Assembly (NCBI GenBank): GCA_030141605.1
Contig: JAQGDQ010000184.1
Span: 62,001 to 126,000, forward strand
Length of the DNA stretch: 64,000 bases
Direction: 5' to 3'
From: Tubiluchus corallicola
Lineage: Eukaryota; Animalia; Priapulida
Below are positions 1-10,900 of the stretch, in pieces (positions within the stretch are counted from its first letter, which is position 1; each line of letters starts with the position of its first letter). The notes below the pieces were generated by a model, which worked only from the letters and a program-made list of their open reading frames with translations, searched no databases and was not told the DNA's origin. The translations under genes and the position numbers were made by a program.

Positions 1-282
1 TATGACGATATTTTGGATGCTGAAGTGGCAAAAAGAGCTGGGGTATCCCTACTGGTAGACAGGGCAGGTAGTCCTGTAATGAAGCGGTATTTTGTGAGCA
101 ATGGTATCTGCGATTATATTACCGGAAATCCCGGGGGGAGGTTTGCTGTTCGTGAAGTGTGTGAGATGTTGGTTAGTACAAATGGGGATTTGTATAGTGC
201 GATAGAGACGCGGATTGAGTTTACGGGCGCTTATCAGGAGTATTTAAAAGCTCGCAACAAAATAGAGGTTGCGATTTTTTAG
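1..282 (+). CDS. KdsC/YrbI-family HAD phosphatase, C-terminal part (5' end outside the window)
   Basis: Frame +1 is open from base 1: YDDILD (HAD motif IV, GDDxxD-like) followed by DYITGNPGGRFAVREVCE, the KdsC-family C-terminal signature. Stop TAG at 280-282. Confidence 0.75.
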   Translation, partial: YDDILDAEVAKRAGVSLLVDRAGSPVMKRYFVSNGICDYITGNPGGRFAVREVCEMLVSTNGDLYSAIETRIEFTGAYQEYLKARNKIEVAIF

Positions 283-523
283 GCTGTGATCCTTTGTAAA
301 GTACCACAGGGTATTATTTTTTTAAAATACTCTTCGAAACCTTCCTTTACGCGAATAGACTAAATTTTTTAATAATTTTTTTGGGGAAGGTTTTAGTTCC
401 GCTAATGTTCAGAAGCAGTTTTTTTCTTTTTGTGCCTTTTAGTAGTATGTTTTATTATTACGAGGTAAAGAGAGGGTTCTGTTGCACAGGGTAAGTGGTG
501 TTTCCATATATTCTCCAGGGGTT

Positions 524-1570
524 TTAAGTGTTTTTATGCTGTGTTAGAATCTCTTTTTTCAGCAGTCCGGTAAAGTCATGTACATCCTTCTCTGTTGTGT
601 CGAAAGAGGCCATCCACCTTACCAAGCTACGATTTTCATCCCATATGTAGAAGAAGTGTTGTTTTTGTAGCGGAGCAATAGAGTGTTTGGGGATAGTTGC
701 AAATACTCCGTTTGCCTCGATTTTCTGAGTGATGGAGACCCCTTCAATTTTAGAAGTTTCCTCCCCTAGTATCCTGGCCATTTTGTTTGCGTTGCTGGCA
801 CACCTTTTCCAGAGGTTATTTTCCAGGTATGCTATAAACTGTGCACTTATAAAGCGCATTTTGGAGTATAGCTGTGCTGCCTGTTTTCGGTAGTATCTGG
901 TATGTTTCGAAAGCTTGGGGTTGAAGAATATAATGGCTTCTCCCATCATCATCCCATTTTTTGTTCCACCAAACGATAATAGATCAACGCCTGCATCTCT
1001 TGTAAATTCCCTGAAGTCCATGTTAAGAGAGACTGCTGCGTTAGCAATCCTTGCTCCGTCCATGTGTAGAGGCATCCCGTGTTTATGTGCCAGCGATGCA
1101 AGTTCTTTAATTTCGTCAGCCCTGTAGACTGTTCCCATTTCAGTTGGTTGCGTTATGCTTATAACTCCGGGTTGGGAGTGGTGCTCAAATCCGAATCCGT
1201 GGAGGTGCTTTTCAACCATTTCGGGAGTTAGTTTCCCATTTTTGGTGACAACCGGAAGAAGTTTACATCCCGTAAAGCTTTCAGGTGCTCCGCATTCATC
1301 TGTGTAAATATGTGCTGTTTCGGCGCATATCACGGAGTGAAATGAGTTGGTTATTGATTTTAATCCCAATATGTTGGCACCTGTTCCGGTAAGCGTCAGA
1401 TATGTTTCAGCTCCTTTTCCAAATTGCTTTTCTAGCAATTCTATAGCGCGTGTCGTCCACTTGTCATTACCATAGCCGCCGGAGTGTCCGCTGTTGGCTT
1501 CTGCAATGGCTTTCATAATGTCGGGGTGGACACCCGAGCTATTGTCTCCGGCAAAGCTTTTATTATGCAT
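524..1570 (-). CDS. ltaE: Low-specificity L-threonine aldolase (PLP-dependent)
   Basis: Motifs FAGDN, GYGND, TGTGAN, HIYTDECGAPE, ITQPTEMGT, HMDGAR and SFGGTKNG (PLP lysine). The ORF extends to 1612, but the ATG at 1570 (MHNKSFAGDN) fits the family N-terminus better. Confidence 0.93.
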   Translation of the reverse strand: MHNKSFAGDNSSGVHPDIMKAIAEANSGHSGGYGNDKWTTRAIELLEKQFGKGAETYLTLTGTGANILGLKSITNSFHSVICAETAHIYTDECGAPESFTGCKLLPVVTKNGKLTPEMVEKHLHGFGFEHHSQPGVISITQPTEMGTVYRADEIKELASLAHKHGMPLHMDGARIANAAVSLNMDFREFTRDAGVDLLSFGGTKNGMMMGEAIIFFNPKLSKHTRYYRKQAAQLYSKMRFISAQFIAYLENNLWKRCASNANKMARILGEETSKIEGVSITQKIEANGVFATIPKHSIAPLQKQHFFYIWDENRSLVRWMASFDTTEKDVHDFTGLLKKEILTQHKNT

Positions 1571-1837
1571 AGTGTCTGATAAGTTATGAGTTGAGAGTTT
1601 TGTAAAGTTCATCTTTTTATTAAATATTTTGTGGTAATCTTCTTCAAATATTTGATCTGCACTATTAAGCTATGGTTTTTCACCGGATCGTTTTTTTTAG
1701 TATGAGCCGGTATATTTCATGTTTCAAGTGCCTCAGGGCTTAACATCAGCAAAGTAGTTATTTTTTTCTTTTTTTTATATCTTGTCGCACAGATGCAGTA
1801 TATTTTTTAGGTTGAGCATAAAAGTTATTGATATTTG

Positions 1838-2545
1838 ATGAAGAGAGGTCTGATTTCGTTGGTAGCACGGATGGTTAGGTATAATCTAAAGATTATTTTT
1901 GCAGGACGGTTTATATGGTTTGTTATAGCTGCTTTTGCCTTTTACCTTCTTCTTGCCATAAATCTTGTTTTTAATGTTCCGGGGTTCGATTCATCGAATG
2001 TGTATGGAATACTTATTTTCCCGGGTATATTGCTGGTTTTCTACCCGACGGTATTTGGGATACAGAATGATGCAGATGCGCGTATTCTGGAGATATTGTT
2101 TGGGGTTCCTGATTATAAGTATAAAGTGTGGCTTGCCAGGCTTGTTATTATTTTCAGTTTAACGTGGGTGCTTATAGTGCTGTTTTGTCTGTTTGGCAAT
2201 TTTGGGCTGTTACAAATTCCGGTTATGGGGATGTCGTTTCATTTAATGTTTCCGGTAGCCTTTACCGGATGTATGTCGTTTTTGTTATCTACAATAGTAA
2301 GGAGTGGTAATGGCACTGCGGTGGTAATGGTTCTTACAGGCGTTGTGCTGTTTATTTTTTCCGATGCCTTTAGCAGAACGCAGTGGAATATTTTTTTGAA
2401 TCCATACTCTATTCCTGATAGCATGAACGAGGTTGTTTGGGCACGCATTACAGACAAGAATCGCCTGTTTTTATTGATAGGGAGTATTGTTTTTCTTTTG
2501 GCAGGTCTTGCCAATCTCAGAAGGAGGGAGAGGCTACTGAGGTGA
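1838..2545 (+). CDS. Multi-pass membrane protein, ABC-2-type transporter permease-like
   Basis: 235-aa intact ORF with about six hydrophobic segments and a loop (DADARILEILFGVP...KVWLARL) resembling ABC-2 permeases. No ATPase gene is present in the window. Confidence 0.65.
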   Translation: MKRGLISLVARMVRYNLKIIFAGRFIWFVIAAFAFYLLLAINLVFNVPGFDSSNVYGILIFPGILLVFYPTVFGIQNDADARILEILFGVPDYKYKVWLARLVIIFSLTWVLIVLFCLFGNFGLLQIPVMGMSFHLMFPVAFTGCMSFLLSTIVRSGNGTAVVMVLTGVVLFIFSDAFSRTQWNIFLNPYSIPDSMNEVVWARITDKNRLFLLIGSIVFLLAGLANLRRRERLLR

Positions 2546-2746
2546 TAAGAGAAGGTTAAAATTGTTTTATCAGTTGAGATTTTTGCAAAATTTATCTTTT
2601 TAATTAATACTCTAATTTTAGGTTAATAAGCGGAGGTTTTTCATTTGAACTTTTCTTTGGTCTGATCAGATTTTTGTTTTGCAATAGGTTCATTTTTAAC
2701 GAGTGCGGAAGGTGTTTGTGTTCTGCTTAAATATATAATATTTTAT

Positions 2747-2754
2747 TATATTTG
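2747..2754 (+). promoter_or_regulatory. Bacteroidetes-type -7 promoter element (TAnnTTTG)
   Basis: TATATTTG in bacterial intergenic DNA, pointing toward the junction. No well-spaced -33 TTTG, and no bacterial gene follows. Confidence 0.4.
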
Positions 2755-2856
2755 CTACGGTTGCGTTGAGGCGAAGGTGTTTTATAAAGTCCGGAGAGAG
2801 GTTATCAGTCCGTGTTGCTACAGAGAAAGAAGCCTGTAAAGGGTGTATTTTTGCAG

Positions 2857-3415
2857 TTATAATAAATTTTTGTTTCCCAACCGAGGGTCTATATATTTTT
2901 CAGCATTGTTTTTCCAATATCTATCGAGACGAGGCTTAAACTGGGCAGGATTGGATGCTTGAACTACATGGTCAGGCAGCGTGTTCCACTCATTAATTAC
3001 TCGCCTTTCGAACGTGAATCTTCTTCTACTCCATTTCAAAAGCACTTTTAAGAGTAACATACTGTGGCGACCAAACAACGCATGCATATTCAAGTATTGG
3101 TCTAGCTACAGCTTTTTAAAGAGATATAATAACTTTTGCACTACGTGGTGAAATACAAGTTTTATCATCCCGATGCATCTATTGGCCTGAGAAATAATAT
3201 GCTCAGTATGTTATGTGAGTTCACTTCAGGTTGTTTGAGATTAATACTCCCAAATCACGTGCAACTGATTATTCTTCAATAACACCATCTCTCAGATAAT
3301 AGGGCATTGCAGAAGTAGAACAAATACAAAAAGCACTGCATTTACTATGTTTGTGGGACATTAATCAGCTGTCACGCCACATCTCGGTTTTGGACAGGTA
3401 AGCCTGTAAGATGAC
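2857..3415 (-). mobile_element. Decayed CR1/L2-type LINE 3' fragment
   Basis: Minus-strand translation with stops: RDLGVLISNNLK*, ARPILEYACVVWSP and RRVINEWNTLPDHVVQASNPAQFKPRLD, typical post-RT C-terminal motifs of these LINEs. Confidence 0.85.
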
Positions 3416-4133
3416 GCATTGTAAGGTCACATTGTAGTAATCATAATTATACTGATTATATTACATTGTAAATGTAAACTCATGAATGCATGTGCTCTTT
3501 GTTCTTAGTGTTTCTTCTGCAATCACTTTGCGTAATTTAAAAAACTTTGCAAAAATGAAAGAAGATTATAAATACAAAATTGTATACTGTGTGAGCTACT
3601 AAACACATTTGACCAAAAACTCTTAATCTTATAGTTCTTTGCAGAACATGCAAAAGCCTGTATGTGCTGAAGGCCAAATGGAGATATGAACAATATTAAA
3701 TATAGGAGCTCACCAATATCTCTCTTCCAAAAAATGTTAATTTAATGTAGAGGTGAATTTTTACTCAGATTTCTAATTTTACTTGCAATTTGACTGAATA
3801 CCATAGTGAACACATTCTTATGTTTTATGGAAGGAAACGTTTTCTGGTTTATTTTCAAATTTGCAGTGACACATGCTCTTCTTCTTGAAATATGTTTTTT
3901 CATACATCTGGCTAAAGATGGCAAAAACTGTTGAGAATTTAGCACGAGTTGCCAAAGAGTTAAACGCTCTCAAATATCAGTAAGTTGATTCTTTTTAAAG
4001 TGCCATTATCGTGATCCTATTTTAACATTGTGCTACTTTTAACAAAGTGCATACTATCAAGTTGTAGTATCCGCTATATATAGTTGCCTTGAAAATTTAG
4101 AGGATTGTTGTAGCTAAAATAATAAAGTCTATG

Positions 4134-4350
4134 TAAAGTTTAAAATCAGACAGAATGTAAAAAATCATTGAAAATTATTTAAAATACACTAAATAACCAA
4201 AAAAGTCCACATGCATGTCTCAACCTCTGCTGCTATCATCGACACCCGAAGCCATCAGCAGGCGTTGAAACATTCGTATGGTATTTTTTAGTGTGTAATG
4301 TATATTAAATAAATTTTTTATTTTTATGTTTTGTCTGGTTTTAAAGTTTA
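4134..4350. repeat. Long imperfect palindrome (about 105-bp arms)
   Basis: Left arm taaagtttaaaatcagacag...catgtctcaacctctgctg pairs with right arm cagcaggcgttgaaacat...tgtctggttttaaagttta. Centre near 4243. Confidence 0.65.
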
Positions 4351-4925
4351 TTTTAAGTTCAAAATATCCATGAAAAAGGTCAAGTCAAGTTCTATATGGT
4401 TTTGACTAGTTTAATTTCCTAGTGATATTCTTTTTTATTACCAGATTCAAGCATAAGTTTTTCATAAATAGTTATATGGTGCTCTCACGCTGTAAATGTA
4501 GTTTAATATTTAAATGCTGAATTCTTAACTATAAAATTGACTGAGGTAGTGTAATAAAATGTTTGCCTGTATTCATTTGTCTGTTTGTTCTTTATATAAT
4601 AAATTTTTCATATATTTTGAAAACCAATAGACTTATATACTGTATTGCACCTGATGAATCAGGGGCTACGTAATAGTCTAAAAATGGAAAACTTAGTTTA
4701 CCGAACTATTACTGTCTTATTATAATTATAACATATTATATTTTCTCATTAAATTATAATGTAAGAGCTTTTATCTTGTGTTGATGTAACACGCTGAGAC
4801 TGTTATGTATGATTAAACCATAGTTTGCCTATATATATATATATATATATATATAAAACCATATATACATATATGTTTGTGTGTGTATGTATATATCCAT
4901 GTTTATATAGTATGTATAATTACAG

Positions 4926-7900
4926 AGTCACTATTGCTGAAAAGGATGTGACAAACTGCCTGCAAAGACAGTACATAATTTCAGAAATAGCACAGTTAGT
5001 ACACCACCAGAAGGAGTTAAACAATACCATCCTTGATGAAAGTGAGTTCATATAATATGGCAGATTTCAAGAGATCAAAATAAGGGATATCTTAGAAGTT
5101 ACTGTACACTTTACATTTTCTATATGTTAAATGTTTGAAAATGTTAATCTACACTTTCACATTAAACTATGTTTTAACTACATTTTAAATGTTTGAAAAT
5201 AGGTACCGATGGATTGAAACATTTTTCATTCTTTGGCTAAAGCTTACAATTTCCCACACTTGAGATTAGTTCATGAAGCAGATTAGGGTTAGGGTTTGGG
5301 TTAAGGCTAGAGTTAGGGTTATGACATTTAAATTGTGTGTGGAATTGTAAACGCTTTCTCATTCTTTTACTCAAATTAGACGAAAATGTGAAAAGAACTA
5401 GTGCACTGTTTCACTGTTTCCACTACCTTCTTCAAATGTATTTCTGCTAATGATTAACATTTCTAACATCAGCAAGCTTTTCTAGTCGGTTAGGTGTTAT
5501 GTCGAGTTCGTGAAGGTGTCTCAGTCTGTTGTCTGAGAATAATGTGGCCCATGTGGTATTCTGAATTAGTGCTGAACTTCAGTTGGTGATCGAATGACCT
5601 TTTGTCAAGCCTTAGATTTTCCACCTCATTTCTAACGTTAGTGTTATGACTGTTATCACTATAGCAGCAGGGTTTCAGTCATAAAGATAATAAAAAAAAA
5701 TTACCACATGCTCATTACATTCATGTAACAGATTGGAGAGGGTAGAGAAAATTTTAAAAAGTAAATTGGAAATCAGACATGTATGGTGAGTGACCTTTGA
5801 GACGTTCTATATTGTAGGACCTTTGCAGATTTCAAGAGAGATTTTTGGCAGTGCATATATTATAATTACGCTTTTTTGAACCAGAATTGAGACTCTTTTT
5901 CAGTAGGCACTTTGTTCTGCTACTAACATTATTTACAGTTCTTATGATTACGGGGCTGCTATTCTGTAGAAGGTATTTATTGTTTTTAAATTAGTCAGCA
6001 AAGCTTTTGTTAAAATCTTTTCTTGCAGGACAAATGATGAATAAAAATTTAGAAACGGTCAAAAGAAAACTGAAGATATTTCAGACCGATCTCAACGACA
6101 TGCGATCAACTCCAGACTGTATGTATAGAGTTGCTGTTTGAAAATAGGGTTACCATCCTAAAGTACAGATATAACTAAGATAGAAACTTTCTCAATAATA
6201 AGTCTGCTAGTCAAAAGTGAATAGTTCCAATCATGGAATAATGATTTAAATAACACATAACTGCTCGTTTAGTTAAATGCCCAGTTCTGTGTTATTTAAA
6301 ACATTGTATCAATGGGGCACAATGAAAAAAGATCTCCAATCATGGTGTGTAGTATCTGGTTGATGTGTTTTTCCATTTCAATAGACACTCGACTAGTTTG
6401 AAACAATACAACATTATTTTTTCACAAAAGTTTTAGCTTGTAATGCTTCATCTTTCTTATCAGTAAATGTCAGCATGCAGTGCATAATATACTAGTAGGC
6501 TACTGTTTGCATATTGGTGTTGACATCTTGTAAAATTTCTATTAAACTAACATAATTTGATGCACCTTTAATGTCTGTTATTTAATCTGTGTCATTTACC
6601 TGCTAAACAATCTCTAATTGTAGTTGTTGCAAAACTGAAAAGAACGTTAGAAGAGTGTGAAACATCAATTAATGCAACAAAGCAGCAGCACAGAGAAATG
6701 TAAGTTTAACTTCATTTACATCAAGCAAGTGTAAATGAACTATAGTTCTAATGAATAACATATAAACATAATGAATAACATATCAATAACATTTGAAACT
6801 ATCTTTCAAAAAGGTCCATAAATTGCTCTCCTATTTGGCAGAGAAGCCACTTGCCTCAGCTGCTGATCTAAATTCCAGCTCCAGATCTAACCGCTTCAGA
6901 TGCGGTTCCAAAATGAACAGATCTTAATTTTATGAAATGCTTGTGGAGCGAAAGTTTGCAGACCCTAGTGGATCTAGGATATGTATTTTGTTAAATGCTT
7001 GCAGATGTAGATGTAGATGTGGATGCGGATCTGGAGTTTTTGCGGACCTAAGAAATTGGATCCGCTCATCTTTGCTTACAACACTAAGGTGGCGCATGAT
7101 AAAAAATGGCACAGTAAATGTGGCACTGGAAAACAGAACACAAACAGAAAAATAAAAAGGATGACATACTTAAATAGATGCAAGCTTATTCTGAGCTTCT
7201 GGTTTTTGGACAGTTCCAATCTTCTTCTAGATAAAGAGAATTGTATTAGAGTTCGGTGCTGTTTTCATATTGTTTCCTGTGCGTATTTATCATACCATTA
7301 TCAAGCTAAATAGAAGACTGTACAAAAGAAAAATATCCACATGTTCTGTACTTTGCAAATTTTTTACATATAAAGTCACCGTGCCTTTGCAGTTATTGCT
7401 ACACAATTGTGGAATGATTTACCGCTATCTTTGTGTCAATTGCCATCATTACAAAATTTGAAAAAAGCTCTTAAAAGCACACCTTTTTAGCCAGCATTAT
7501 AGATTATAGCATTGTCTGTATATTTATAGTAATATATTATAGAGTACATTTGTAACAATTTTTCGATGGTTTTTAAAATTGATCTTATAATCTTATAGCG
7601 CTATTTACAATTATTAGAATTTTGTGATTTTAGAATGATTAATTTTATAATGACTGTATGTAATTGTAAGTTATAATAGACTGTTTAATTGTAAAGCACA
7701 TTGAGATCACGTGATATGATGCACTATATAAGTAATAAATTATTATTGTTATTATCATCGTCGTCGTCGTCATCATCATCATCATTGCTGCTTCTTATAG
7801 GTTTTGTAATTGCAGGTCTAATCAGTTTCATTCAATTCTAATTTTTTAAATATGTTTTAAACTTACGCCGAAATAAACCGATTCTTGTAATGACATTCTG

Positions 7901-10900
7901 GGAACTGATTTTGTAGCCATTTATTGTAGATATTTTTAAATGTATGTTCTTAGGTCATTTTTCTTTCTAGCTCTGAAACGTTAAAAAGAGAAGAAAGTGT
8001 TTTGGGTTTGGAATTAAGTGGAATGGATAGACGAATAGAAACTTGGATGCAGAATAAACATACTGGCATGGCAGTTTCTAAAAAACAATACATGCCTACT
8101 TCTAATGCAGTCAAAGAAACTGATAATTCTGTGCCTAAAGAAATAGCAGACTTTAATGTAAGTTGAACTCATATATTATTCTTATTTTCTCACTTTTCTT
8201 TATTATCTCAGTGGTATCCAAAATTCCTTTTTTCCAAATTTCGCAAACACACAACGATAACATGTATGTACGAGCACTACTGCAATGTAAATACAAGCAT
8301 AAATTCAAAGTGTTGCTTGTAATTTTCATATATGAGTTTGTATAACCCTAGTAATGCATAATGTAAAAAGGCAATTGATGCATGAGCTTGTGTGCCATAG
8401 GGATGTTAATGATAACAATTCATATCGATACGAAAATTCGTTTTTCCATTATATCATAACAATATTATTCTAGGAATATCATTATTGTATCGAATTTGGC
8501 ATGTATCACTGCTTGTCACTTACCTTTATAAAATCGCTTGACTTTTCTTTTCTATTTTTTTACACTATTGATGCAAAGAACTGGATAAAAAGAATTACTT
8601 AGAATTATAAGCTTGTCAAATGGGAATCATATTCTTGTACTTTTGCCTGGCAATAACGGATATTTTCATTCTGAATCATACTGACAAAGTATGGAGATCC
8701 CTTTATAACGTATTTTAATGTCACTTTCCCGATCATGTGCAGCTCGCATAGATAAATATTTTTATCACAGTAATATGTTTATCTGTTGCAGCTTATTTAT
8801 AATTCGTTATGACAAACAAACTTGTGTTCCATAACTAGCAGCCATTTAACACACTGAAACAATTAATAATTCTAATTATTAATGATACTTTTACATTGTT
8901 GCAGAAATTTTCTAACTTCAGTATCATTTTTATCGTTCGAAATAATTTATCGTATCTCATCAGTCTAAAAATAGTTTATCACTATCGCATAATATCCCCA
9001 AATTTGTATCATTTAACATCCCTAGTGTGCCATATTCTAGGCATTTGCCGATTAAAATCACGCTTGAACAACATTAGGTATTTAGCTTTCATCTGCATTC
9101 ATTGATATCGAAATGAATTATTGTAAATGTGATACTTTTTTACTTGTTGTATCTTGTCCTAGTCTGTCTTATGTGGTCCTCGTCTGCCTTGTTTTGTTAA
9201 TATGTTTTGTTAAACTTGATAAATACTCGAATATAAAGGACACCTCCGGACCTGAAAAAATCGTCCCTTATATCCGATGTCCCTTATAGCCGAAGTTGAG
9301 TCAGACCGAGGGTGTATCTAGACCTGCGAGCTCTATATACCTCTTCTGGTAGCCTAATACCCAATAAACCGTTTGTTGCAATTTATGTAATATACCGATT
9401 TAATGCAAATACATCCAATCGTCTTGAATTGAGCACAAAAACATTGTTTATTCAAACTCATCCCAGTTACAAGCCATTACAGCCACAAGACCTGACCGTA
9501 CTCCAAGGGAATACAGTCGAGCCCGTGCGGGGTCTCGGCATAGGCTTTTTAGTACGTAAAAAATATTTGATCATAGGTCCCTTATATGCGAGGTAATTCA
9601 CCTGGGTTTCTATTACGCGGGGCCTGATGATATCGTCCCTTATAACCGAAAGTCCCTTATATCCGAATACCTTATATACGAAGATTTTTATAAGGAAAAA
9701 CATTACGAAAAATCGGGGCCAGTGTTGATGGTCCCTTATAAGCGAGTACCTTATACCTGAGGTTGACTGTAATTTGAAAGTGATCAATGTAGGTTTACTT
9801 GTGCAAGTTGTTTTTTTTGTCGGCAAGATAACTAAATTGTTTTGTGGTGTATATTAATTGCTTTTCAACAACAATTTTGTTAATTTTCTGTAGGTTTATG
9901 TTTCTCAGCATGGAGGCCACACTGGCATGTGGGAGGAATCTGATCATCAAGTGTTTGTTCGATTGTACAAAAAGCATAAGGTACGTAGCAGTTAAAGTTA
10001 TCAGTTGGCCATTTTAGCCTTTTTTTACGTAGTCGTGTTCAACACGTATCACAGTCAATGGTTACTGTCAGGTATATGTCTTTGACTAGCTATGCCATAT
10101 TCTGATTTGAAACTCTATGCAGGAGGTCTTTCATTACTTTCCAACACAGCAAACAGTAGTAGAACTGTTGTAATGATAGAAGCCAAATTACTGCAAGTCT
10201 TGAGTCAAGTATTTGCAAAAATTTTTCAAGTCAAATTACAAGTCAAGGTGTTGGTGCAATTTAGTAGCAACAGTGAGTCAGAAAATTGATTGACTACAGT
10301 CATCAGCAGCTCTGGTCTTTGCAGGGCACTTGCCTACAACATACCTCTCACGCATGCCAATTCTCATGCATAAGGCATGTGTCACACGTGTTTTAAGTCT
10401 TTCATAAGGGCACGTGCACCAAATTTTCGTTCTTATACATTCTGCAACTTCACAGTCAAATCACCTGGCTTCTTTTGCCATCAGTACCAAACTGCAATAA
10501 CAATATAAGGAAGCTCAACATTATCCAAAAATTACATTAATTTTTTTATATTTGCTGTTCTTACTTTTTTTGCATAAACTACTGCGGCATCATTTGACAC
10601 CTGCCCCGACCCCTGCCAGGGGTGAGGTGATCCCAGGCCTTCTACGTTTCACACTCGTTTTTACATCAAATGATTGACAGGTCTGCTATAATTACCACTT
10701 GTTCATTCGTGTCAGTACTAAAGTTTACGCTTGATTTTTAGACATTGGATAAACTACTAATAGAAGCTGATAGTGTATTTCCTGGCTACACTGAAGTTCA
10801 GATAAAGAAGCACTACTGGTGGTACAAAAAGTACTTAGAATTAGTGGAGTCTAAGAAAACAGCTATTGAGAAGTGGAAAGAGGAAAAACAAGTAAGCTAA

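Noticed and set aside
284-325. Possible intrinsic terminator between the convergent phosphatase and ltaE genes
   Set aside because: The ctgtg/cacag stem has two mismatches and a 2-nt loop, and the T-tract is displaced.
3509-3590. Candidate upstream CCDC112 exon (VSSAITLRNLKNFAKMKEDYKYKI)
   Set aside because: The acceptor is plausible, but I could not join it to the 4926 exon with a clear phase-compatible donor, so it is left out of the model.
5281-5320. TTAGGG repeats as a telomere or fusion scar
   Set aside because: The tract is short, degenerate and enclosed in a dispersed inverted-repeat element.
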